Below are positions 37,501-49,500 of a DNA stretch of 64,000 nt, in pieces. Both the position numbers and the translations under genes were made by a program. The notes beneath the pieces were generated by a model. That model worked only from the letters and a program-made list of their open reading frames with translations. It had not been told where the DNA came from and searched no databases. This DNA comes from Thalia democratica (lineage: Eukaryota): the NCBI GenBank assembly GCA_965202585.1, contig OZ241833.1, forward strand, positions 26,412,001-26,476,000, read 5' to 3'. The stretch's first letter is position 1, and each line of letters opens with the position of its first letter.

Positions 37501-40500
37501 AAAATTTTAATTTACGCGTTTTGTACAGAATTATAGTGCACTAGCTAAGCAAAAAGGTTGTGTAAAATTTATTTATCTCAAACAAATTATAAAATTAAGT
37601 TCTGATAACACAGAAAGTGTTTTTAAGAAATTGAGTTTTATTTATAAACAATAATAAATAAGGCTTATTTAAAACAATTTTTTTAAACAAAAAAAAAAAT
37701 TCTAGTAAAAGCAACCGAAATACGTTAAAAAAAAACGTTTTAAATTGTGAGATATAGCAACTTACTGTTGCTTGATTGTTATACATAAAAAATAAAAGCT
37801 ATCATTCCTTAACTCTTGTTGTCAAAGATATAAACTTTGTGGAAATTTTAAATGTCCAAGAAATATTTAACACAACATTGCTTAACCTAACTATAAATAG
37901 CATTAAAAGTAAAAGTATACTTGGACGTTAGTTATCTAAAACAAAAGATTTATATTTCATTTATTAAAATTTATTTTTACTTGATAGCACCGTATGGATC
38001 GTTTACTTAAAGTTGTATTCAATTTTCCTACTACGTGACTGGGTGGGTAGCAAAGAGGGTGTTTCTAATATGGGAAGATCCCCAGGATTGAAACTTACCA
38101 TGATGGGTTGCGGGGACTGAAGCTGAAGGGTGTGTTGCTGTTGCGGCTGAATCTGGGTGAAAATGGACGTTGCCATGGTAGCGGAGGGCTGCTGTTGCTG
38201 GGACGCCGCAGTCGAGGCCCGCATCTTTTGCTGAATAATTATTCGAAATTACGTTGCCACACACGATTCTATTTTTGGTGATTAAAAAAAAAATGCACAG
38301 CAAAAATTAATGCAAGCTTTAAAATATTAATTTTACTTTTGCCTGCCTACGCAGTTTAACTGAACCGTAATTTTTAACATTCTATGTCAAGCACGCACAG
38401 CAGCTTTTCCAAAGCAAGTGTTCATAGCATTTTGGTTGAAAAAAACTCTGTTTTTATTTGTAAAAAATAAAAAAAAGCACAAAATGTAAGCAAAGCGTTC
38501 TTAAAGCCTTAAGACACTTAAAATCGCCAAAACTCCACCAAAAAAAAAAAACAACGGAGCCTGGTGTGCGAACAAAAAAAAAACAAAACACGGTCGCCGT
38601 GGAAACGCTGCTGTGTGGGCGGCGAAAAATCCCCTGAAAAGGGAAAAGTGAACCTGGAGGTGGGCGGGGGGATGGAAGTACTTGCAGGCGTCCCTGGAGC
38701 ACCTGCCCTTGACGAAGTCCATGCAGACGGTGACGCAGTTGTCGTTGGGGTCGACGGAGGTTTTGTCGGGCGGGTGGCCGTACCTGCAGTCGTGCTCGCC
38801 CCGGCTGCAGTTCCCGCGCAAATAGTCCCTGCACACCTGAGAGGTCACACGTGGTTGGTTAAACGAAAATGGTCACTTTCGGTTTTGTAAACGGCGTAAA
38901 GATTTACATCAAACGCGTGTTGAAGGGAGCGACGGAACAATCACAACGACAAGCTCAGTGATCCCAGGTTGAAAGTAAAAAAGTGCAGCTAACTTGGGAA
39001 CATTGTGTGTAACATGGGTTTTAACGTTGTTAAGTAATATTATTTGGTTGTTTAAAGCTGTGCAAAAGATCAAAGGGTGTTGTTTAACCCCATTAAGGGG
39101 TTAAAGGTATATGAAAAAAATTGCTTGTATATACTTTTTTGTTAGATCTAATTGAGCAGGTTTACTTCTTGGGTTAAACTAACTTAACCCATAAAAGATC
39201 TACAAATACTGTCTTTTGCTATTTCAATTTAACGAGGTTTCAAAAAAACTTCAGCAGACTACAAGACTGAGACCACTGATAAAAGAAACAAAAACCTAGA
39301 CAATATTGATAAGTTTTATTGAAAAGTTTTACAAATATAACAGTTAAAATCCTAAATGCACTTCAAAACAACTTGAATCAAAAACAATTTTTCCTCAATA
39401 AAGATAATTTGTAGTATTTAAGAACATTGTTTATATTATAATATTTAATAAACTAATAAAAATGGAATTCAAAAGTATTTCTTAAACAAAAAAAAAACAC
39501 AAAATAAAGTTTGAGAAAAAAAAAATCGAGTCTACAACATCTGCTTGCTCACATGAAGGTACATTTGAAGTGGAGAAAAATTAATAATTCATCATCAGCA
39601 GATACATAAACTTCTTGTGAGGCTTCTTCAACAACAAACACACATATCACGAACATTAATCATTCAAAAGAGAGACTGCACAACGTTGCTCGCAGCGGCG
39701 TTTTATTGTTTTCAATTAATTTTAAAAAATACCATGTTTTCAATTATGTTGTCGTGTGTGACGTAATAAAAAATTTTTTAGAAAGACCTATGTGTAAACA
39801 ACATACAAAATTTAACTTCCTACTTAAGTAATTTTGAAAAGCAAACGGTTGTTTATTGTTTTAGTAATTTTACCTGCCTTATAGTTCGAAGAGCTTAAAG
39901 TGAATTTTATAAAAATATGAAGAATTTGCTTTCAATATATGGTTTATAAATAGATATCTTTGTACAGTTGTAAAAAAATACCATAAATTAATGCAGACTA
40001 ATACAAAAAAAAATTTGAATAAAACTACCTAGAAATACCATGGCAATAAATCAAAACTGACAGGGAGCAGTATAAAGTTTTGTATGGCTCGGATTTAAAA
40101 TAGCCTTTTAAAGCAAAACAAAACCGCGCAACACAATACGAGTATAAATATTGAGATCAAGTTTTAATACTGCTCTTGATAGGGAGCTGATATTTATAAA
40201 TGCGGCTGATATCGTCACGGTTCAGTTACCTTGCATAGGCAGGCAATTTTCACGCCCGGCTGAACGTGAAAATAAGCAAAGTTCAAACGCCCAAAAAGCT
40301 GCCTTTCTCTTGGTTTTGAATGCAAACAAAAAACAACTTTTTGAAAAATGATTAAAAGCTGATAGTAAAACAAGCGCAAAGCAAAGCAAGTTTTTGCGGC
40401 AAAATGTGTTTTGTCTGTTTGTGCTCGATGTGAATGATGATATCTACTTTTTACTTCGCTAATGCAATACAAGGGATTCGGCGTCTGGGGCAATTAGGCG

Positions 40501-43500
40501 GTACTTTCCCCTCATTATCCGGTGATCTTCCTCGATCACTTTGCTTCTGTTCTCAGACGAACATCGAGCCGCATAAAACATGATAATTACCCTTCCGAGT
40601 GATCAATCAATTACAATTAGAAGATTCCAAAAGCGAAAAACGTGTGAAAAATGTTAGTCAAACAAGCGTATGTGTGTGTGTGTAATGTACATAAAGCAAG
40701 CACCACTCTTTAAAACAAACAAAACTCGTTAACAAGTACCAAAAATTTGTAGGAAAAAAAAACTAAAGCAATTATTGGAAAGCAAAATTTCAAAAGCCGT
40801 TAAAAGTCAAAAATTAAAAGGCCGAAGAGGCACAAACCAAAAACCGAATTAAAGTTAAAAATTAAACTGCTGTAATTTTCAGCCATTGAAAAAACGACCC
40901 GAAACCATTATCGTGTGAAAATCACAGCAAAACTGCGACTTTTCTTCAAACCAACCTCGAGCCGATCGTTTCTTCCCTGTTGCTGCTGCTGCTGAGTGAC
41001 TTGCGCTGCCGCCGCCTGCTGGGTCGGCAGCATCATCTGCGGCTGCAGGTGCGTCAACAGTTGCGGCTGCTGCTGCCCCAAGTGGTACAGGGGAATAACC
41101 TGGGGTTGCGCCATGAAACCTGCAAAAAATTTTTTTTTGAAAGTTAAGTAATTTTTTGGCTCTAAATCGCTAGTGTTCGTGTTTTGGCGTTGAAAGGTTT
41201 ATTTTCGCTCAAATTTTTTCACTCCCCTTTTTTATGCTTAATGAGAATTGGCAAAAGTTTTTGTATTTTTAATAAAAAATAAAAGTGGCTGATTTACTTT
41301 GCATACATTTTTATGCCTTAATTGAAGTTTACCTATGAAGTTCAAATTTTATTTCATTACTTGTCTTTGATGCTAAAGTTTGGAGTCAAGTTAAATGCTA
41401 ATTTGTAAAATAATTATCTTTATTTGTTTTCGTTATTATAACTTTAAACTTTTCAAACTAAACACTTTGATTCTTTTGAAATGAATAATTTTTTTTTTTA
41501 CAAAACCAAAACTTTTTACCACCTTAATAACTGTTCATCAAGGTTACCCTTTTATCAATGTTTTTGCTATTCGAGCAATTGCTACTTTGAAAAGGTTTGA
41601 AAACAAAACAGAGAGCGTTGAAAAGCAAGCTGTAAGCTTCAGCTTGACTGACAATTAATCGGTAAGCAATTTACACGTAAGCCTCTTTATACAAATAAGC
41701 ACTAAAAGCAACTAGCAATAAATTAAAGCAGTAAATTAAGTTTTGTGCGCGTTTGAAAATAAGACTACATGTATGTATGTGGCTGGCTACTCAGTGCAAA
41801 CAGACGTTTTATGAGAGCGTAATTAAATCATCAGCTGCAATTTAGCCTTGATGCTATTTTTTTACAAGTAAACAATCGTGGTAATTTTTCAAATAATTAC
41901 ATCCAATAAAACACTGAAACATAGAGTAGCGAGCAATTTACTATTAAAAAAAAAGAAAAAGCGCATCTTTGGCACAACTGAATTTTCAATTATCTTCGAT
42001 TAGTGGACAAGTGATTTATTGCAGTAGAAAATGTAATTGTTTCAAGAAAAATAAAGATCTTTTATCGTTAGATGATTTATTCGACTAATAGCTTTGAAGT
42101 ATGTTAGCTAAAACTAGTCAATTACTTCTTAATTTGCTATTTTTTTCACTCAACCTTTACTATTGAGACAACCACCATCTTGGCGTTTAAATTTTCTTCA
42201 ACTATTACAACATCCAAAAAAGGACCCCTGAATATTTTTCGCAAAAAAAAAAAAGTCCAAACAGTTGTGCGCAAAGTTGACGCGCGTTTTCTCTGCGCAC
42301 AAAAAAGTACAAATTATTACGACAATTACCGGCGGCAGGATTGTACGCGCTGGCGGCATGCTGGAGCTGGTGGCTGCTTGCTATCAGCGGCTGGTATCCG
42401 GCGGGTAGCTGCTGGTACAATGCCGGGTTGGCGGAGAGGTGCTGCAGGCCTCCTATTGGTTGAGCGCTGGTGCCCGCCACTTGCTGATTGGTTGAAAAAA
42501 AAAAGAGAAATAAGTGCAAGCGGCATATATGAGGGGTGACTATAGATATGTATAAATTGCTTTTGAACAAAAAATATTTTTGCTAATTACGCCTGCTATG
42601 TTAGTTTTAATTGTTGTTTATAAGGGTTTTGCTAAAGTTTTGAACTGATTGTTTTACGTTAAGCAAAAACAAAAATTGTCAATTTAGAAATTTTAATTAA
42701 ATTAACTGTTATTTAAAAAAAATTATTGTACTAGTCTAATTGATATTTTAATTAATTTTAAAAAACATTTTTTTGAGGAAAAATATAAATTATTTTTAAA
42801 GTTAGATTTTTTTTACATTTTACCTTAAATGCATACATAATGAAAAATAAACGACTGCTGCAAACTAAACTTAATATTTTTATGAAAAAAAACATAAAAC
42901 TTAACTTAGTTTAAATTATTTTATGCTGGTATTGTTAAATTAATCAATAATTAAATAACTATAAATTGGTAAGCAAAAATTTTTCTGTGCAACTAAACTT
43001 TGAATGGTAAAAGCAACCTAGAAATAAGCTATAAAACGCCTTTTATGTATATATGTTTATTAAAACCCAGTTAAAGCCATTTCTCAACAAACGTTATTTT
43101 GATAAACACTAATAAGCAAGCTTTAAAATTTCTCTAAGACTTAATTGACAGCTTCAGCGATGTAACACCGTAATTACGACACTACATCAAAGCCACTTAA
43201 TAAACCAGTTTAACGAAAATAACAAAATTGTAAACTAAAACTAAATCCATTTTTAAATAATTCCAACAGTTAAACTAAATTGAGAAAAAAAAGCAAAATA
43301 GATATAAGCAATTTCTTCTTATTGTATACTTTATTTTAATGGGTATTTAGATAATTTATACACCATTAACCTTAATTAACAATTAGTACTGAAACGTTAA
43401 AAATCTAAAAGTTTCAGCTTAACAAGTTAAACAGTTTTATACCTATGAAAAATCGGACATTACAAAAAATAAAAAAACATGTTAAAACATCAAAACTCGA

Positions 43501-46500
43501 GTGAATTTACTTTTTAAATGCAGACAAGTATCAGCAGACAACAGTATATGCGCAATATATATATATATATATGTAGCTGCACACAAATATTTAGCTTTTC
43601 AGCAGCAAAACCGTTGCGCGCCACTCTCAATTCAAACGTACCTCGTAGCCGACCAGTCCCGGCTGCAGGATCTGCGTCGCGCCCGGCTGCACGATGTTGG
43701 CGGGCTGACCCGCGGTCTGCGGCATTAATTGCTGCAGCATGGCCCTGTTGTTGATGAGAGTCTGTCTTCCGGCGAACTCCAGCTGCTGCTTGATGACATT
43801 GGTCGGGTGCAAGTACTTGCAACTTTCTCGCTTGCACTTGCCCTGTTGGTCAGTGATAGAAACGTTAAGATTTTTTTGACAAATATTTGACGCGTGTTTG
43901 GAGTTTAATAAAATATGTAACGGTTAGATTGTAATATTTTTTAATTTAAATCTAGCTTAAGCAAAGTTTTTTTTCTGAGAACAAATAAGTTTAGTCAGAG
44001 TTTAAACAAGAAGTACAGTTTTGTTCGACTTTTTTTTTTTCTATAATGAGTTTTTCTTATTTGTATTGGGTAAAATTGTTCTCTAAGTTTGTACATTTAT
44101 TCGCTCTCAACTATTAGTCTACGGGTCTAAAGCTAGTTAAGAAAGCTAAAAATTTTTCACAACTTATTTTGCTCGACTTAAAGTTTACAGTTTAAATAAG
44201 ATTTTATAAAATAATGCAGCTTAAAAACTAGAAAGTTGTAACTTTGTTGCAACTAAATATATTTTATTTGTTTTTTTTTTTGATATGCAATAATAATATA
44301 AAGCATAAAAATTTAAATAATAACTTATCATATACAGAAAAAGCCAAGTTTTTGTTTTAGGCTTAAAAAGTGCGTACTAATTTAGATTAAACTTAAATTA
44401 TTAGTTATAAATATATCTTATTTCGTTTTGCAAGTACAATAAAACTAATACGATTTAGTTCTTAAAAGTCTAAATTCACTTATCTGAGAGAGTTTCACCT
44501 TAGTACCAACAACTTTTATGTATAATATTAACTTTTGTTATGTGTTTTTATTTTCTCAAAAGAATATTAAGCAGTTTAAGCGAACATTCTACTTATTGAA
44601 GCGTTCATTACGAGCCCTGAGGGTATTATTATCTTGTATTTTGTATGCAAGCAGTATTTATGACAAATGTATGTTAATAATTTCCTTGAAACTTTACCAA
44701 ACGTATTCAAATACTAAATGCTGTTTTGTTTCTTACAACATTACGAAAAAAAATTGTTAACATTGTCAAACGAACCCCTAAGTTTTTTATTTAAGTAATT
44801 TATTTTTATCATACAGTTAATAGAAGCCTAGGAACTCAATATGATTATTACGTCCATTGGGTATAGCTTACATGAAAAACTGAACTAAATAAAAATATAC
44901 AAATTCCATCAGAGCGAACGTTTTAGCTGAAAAAGCAAATCCCCAGCCAAAATCACATTACTTATTTATTTTGAGAAATTTATCAAAATTACGAATGCAC
45001 GCGAAATTAAAGTTATCTTGTGCGCCTGATGAATATTTGATACTCGGGAAAAGTTTTGCGAATTGAAACAAAGTATTAAGTACACAGAAAAGCTGAGCTT
45101 TTTAGCTGAGAGAGACCCGCACAGACTAAATAAACAGGGTTCGGTTGCTTTTAAAACGCTTCTGCGCACATTTTTGGCGGTCATCAAAAAGAAAAAGTGA
45201 TTATTGCAGAGCGCTTAAAAGGCTTGAAGCTGATCCGTTAAATTCAGAAGTGCCCGCGATGCGCTCGGAAAGAGGCTTGTGTGAAGCTGTTCGAGTATGC
45301 TTCAGAGTGGCGAAATATGAAAGTTTTCAGTCAGTTTCAATTCAGTCGACAAAGTCGGAGCTGATGTGCGCGAACAGTTTTATTTTTATTTTCAACGCGC
45401 AGCTGTACTTTGAGCGCTGACAGTCAAATTAGAGAGTCGAACATCTCAATGTAGATAAGAACTGAAATGGGTTACTTTTGCAGGTACTCGCAGTTAGACA
45501 GGCTCATAAATTTTTAACAAGCCAGTTTCGTCTGTGAAGTTTTTATTAAAAACGCAAAGGGAGATTATCTGTCATCTCGTAGTGTGTTGTTATATTTTTT
45601 TCTTATATAAATTCCCATAAGCGTCTTAATGATGACAACCTTCGCTAGCTTCTTTTACAGCTCGCTTTATGACGTCACATTAAAGCGAATTGTTAATGAA
45701 GCAAAGTGAAGCTTGTGCGCTTCCTACAAGGCTTATGAATCTTGTGTTGCTGTTTTGTTTGCTTTTCAGCATAACTAATAATAAACTCTCAAAATCAATA
45801 TCAAGCATTGTGATCAGTATTTTTTGAGATTTTTTTAAATGAGCTTATGAGTTAAAATTAAAACAACGAATAGATTGAGTATTTTTTATCGAAAATTACG
45901 TTTGTTAAATGTTAAAGAAAAAAAAATTAAAAAATATTAACTGCAACTAGTATCAATTATAATCAACTTACTTTAAACTTTTTTTGCAAAAAGTTTTTTG
46001 TTACACAATGCTGATGCTTTATTTGCAATAAAAATATTACAAATCTGTGTAAATTTTAATAGTTTGAAACAAAAATCTATTCTAAAAACTTATATAATGA
46101 ACAAAAACTTATTTGTCATTTACTTTTTTATTTCATTTTAACACTAAAAAAATTCAAAAAATATATAATACCAAGTTATACTTTTGCTAAGGTTTGAAGA
46201 AAATTGTATTACAATTTTGGGTCAGTAAACTTTAAAAAAGCAAAAACTTAATATCTAAATTAAAATGTTTTCTAAAGCTTACAGACTCGAATCAATATTT
46301 TCATATGATTAGTTACAAGACCAACCAACAGCTCTTTCTGTAAAAGCTATCTAGCTAACAATACTCCTTCTAACTGATATAGAACAAACTCAACAATAAC
46401 TTTTTCAACACCGCTTCAGAGATGCTTCAGCCTTGATGTTAAGCCTCACTCACACACACACATGCATGAAAACAATACAAGACTCGGTGTGCTGCAAGCG

Positions 46501-49500
46501 AAAACAAGCGAGAGGAAAAAATGTGAACTTCTTACACGTATCGCTTGTAGGAAGTACATGAAGCATACAACAACGCCGCCATTCACCTGTGCTACACAAC
46601 ACTGCCATCTCAATAAACTACTTTCACACAGGCCTTTATACACCTCGTTTTGTTTCGCGTTGAACAATGTAAAAACTAACTTTTTGTTTTCACTGTAAGC
46701 CCACACGATTTTTTTCCTTGAGATTACATAAAGCAGAGCGGATCTGTGCTAAAACTACACGCGTTGTTTACACCACTTGAGCCTAATGTAGAATTTCAAG
46801 TTAGAAAAACGTCTCTGAAAGCTTATCGATTCTGATACTGTTTGTGGCTAAGCGAGCTAAATAGTCCGCATCATAATGAGAAAAGTATTAGTAACAACAC
46901 AATAAATGCGATAAAAACCTTTCTTAAAAGCTTACATACACCGCAGTTGTATTTTTAAACAAAAAAAAAATCTTTTTAGTGCTAATTAAAAGGTGTATAA
47001 AACTTATCAAGCTTGTAAATTCCAACGAAAAAACATGAGAACATTCGAATTAAAGGTCCCATGGCAAATGCTGATTACGCGCTTGGTTGTAAAACAAGAT
47101 TCTCGGCTGTAAGAAAATCTTTTTAGCGAACGTTTTCGCCTTTATACTACACCGACTTCAACCTAGCATTGATGTGTTTTGCGTGTATAAACAAAATACA
47201 GACATTAATATCGATTTTGAACGCGCATGTAAATACTTTTAAGATAATTTTTTCTTTACAATACCGATACTTGTTTTTTTTCTTTTGGAAAATATAAGAA
47301 GGTAGGCATAAAAACTATGTCAACACAAAAGTAAAATACGGAAGCGTTTTTTTTTTCAAAAGATAAATGTATTGAATATTCACTGCATAAACAAAAAATC
47401 TAGAAGAAGCAACTTTTCAACATTCTGTTGCAACTGAAGACAATTTCACTCTGGATATTTGGTTACAAGTTTATAAGAAAACAAAAGCTGTAAGCTGATC
47501 TCATAAAGCCTGAAACGCATAGCTGAAGAATATAAAACTAAAAATAAAACTTTAAAACCTCTGCCTCGGTTTTCCAAACTTCTGAAATTACAAACTTAAT
47601 TGCTGCGCTGTTTCATATAGATAGCATCAAAAACTAGTTCTGCAAAATAACCTTCGTAACAATGAAAAAAAAAGTTGTCTAGTTACTCATTAACAAACCA
47701 AATCCGCGCATCGCATCAGCTAATACAAGGCAAACACAACTTGTAATTACGACGCTGAGCTTTTTTTCGCCAGCTCAATCAAAACGACTTTTATTAAAAC
47801 CTGAACTTGCGCAAGGCATTACTGACACTGTTTTTTCGGTGTGGAATCAGCAAGATGAAAAGCCGATAACGAGGTGGCTGGTGAATAATTAAAAGAGGTC
47901 GCGAGTTCGAAGCTGATACACGAATATTCTGGCGCTGCTCGCAATGCAGGCCACAGCGTTTCTGCACTTCCTTATACGGGTATTTATTTGCATGTTTGTA
48001 AAGCACCACATGCTTCTACGTCTATTTTGACTGAGTTTGAGACACACCACAATTGTTTTAGATTTAAGATAGACACCTTTAGCATATCTTACAATTTTGA
48101 TCAAAATTTTTTAATCTGTAAGACAATATTTTACTTTTTTAAATAGATACAGAACAAAAAAATTTTTTACTTGTTTAATTTCATAATTTTCATAATAGTT
48201 TACTTGTAATTCAATAGAGCCAGTTATTTCAAACTTTATTTTTACATAAAGTAAGGAGCCTAAAGTTTTATGAAACTTATGCTGTTTATAATGCTTTTTC
48301 GAATTAAAGCACAACACTAGACAAAAGTTTTCATTAGTTTTATTTTTTGATAAACATTAATTTGTTTTTGTAAAAGACCAGTGTTATTATATTTAAAATT
48401 GTTATGGAGTACAATGCAAATATTACTTCTGTTTGCACAACAATCACGGCAAAGTTTGTTCAATTAAACGTTGTCTCAAATAAGCAAACAAAAAGTTTTC
48501 AAACTCCGCCCCTATTGTACTTCATACTCTCGCGAAAATGTACGGTTTTTTAAATAAATAAACAAGCTTTATACTCAAATCCACTGTCTTCAAAAACAAA
48601 TACATGTAAGAACTTAAAAATAATTCGATTACAACTGAAAATCGTTTTTGCATGAAAAATTAACTTGAGAACCGTCGACTTCAACTCCAATTTTCAATAT
48701 GATTTTTCTCGAGCAGCGTTTTTTTTTTTACTTTAGTGACATCCTGCCTCGCATTAATCCAAGCAAAAACTAATCGACATGTTTTCAATAGAATTTGCAC
48801 GCGAGCGCTCAAAGGAGGCCGGAAAACGAAAATCACATTTCTATGCGACGTCACGCGCACTGACCGATCAAAATATGCGTTTTTCGTCGCGCAGAAAAAG
48901 CAAAACAAAAAGCGAAAGATAAGAAAATAATGATGCTTTGACGTGTGGCCTGGATGTAATAATGCGTCAAATATTTATGAGCAAGGCCTTAAAAAATTTC
49001 TCTTGTTTGCTTGGCATTTGAAGAAGAATTTCTTTATAAACATTTATCTCTGCTGTGCATTTTTAAGCACAAATGAAACCATTTCGAGTGCAGGATGAGG
49101 CATTGAAAATCCATGTGAACAATAAGCTGTAAAAAGCTAAAAGGCTTGAGAATATGTGGGTTGAGCAGAAAATAAATAATTTATACGTGTACTACTTATT
49201 TATGTACGGACTTGAAGTGAACACGTTTTATTATGTTTTTTTTTTTACATTTACTTCTACAAGTTAACCTAGATACAAAACATGTTTTTTTTTTAATTTC
49301 AAACGTTGATTCCTTATACATATGCAATGCATATATATGAGAGTATGAAAAGATTACATAAGGTTTTATCGCATTAAACTGTATTTATGAGTAAAATATA
49401 ATTCTAGTTTATATTAAAAAAAAGTACTTAGCTTTTGTTTTTCCTAAATCTTAAAAGCTATTTAATGTAATAAATTTATTTCCATACCAAAAAATCACAT

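Noticed and set aside
38003-38098. Open frame continuing past the 38098 donor (VSFNPGDLP...NFK*)
   Set aside because: The donor is a perfect GTAAGT; only a short readthrough frame supports an alternative terminal exon.
39084-39190. Two short hairpins ttaacccc-attaa-ggggttaa and gggttaa-actaac-ttaaccc
   Set aside because: Too short to separate from chance or a tiny TTAA-transposon relic; no functional evidence.
39540-39620. TGATGA box C-like motif in an mbnl intron (snoRNA?)
   Set aside because: No properly spaced CTGA box D or terminal stem found.
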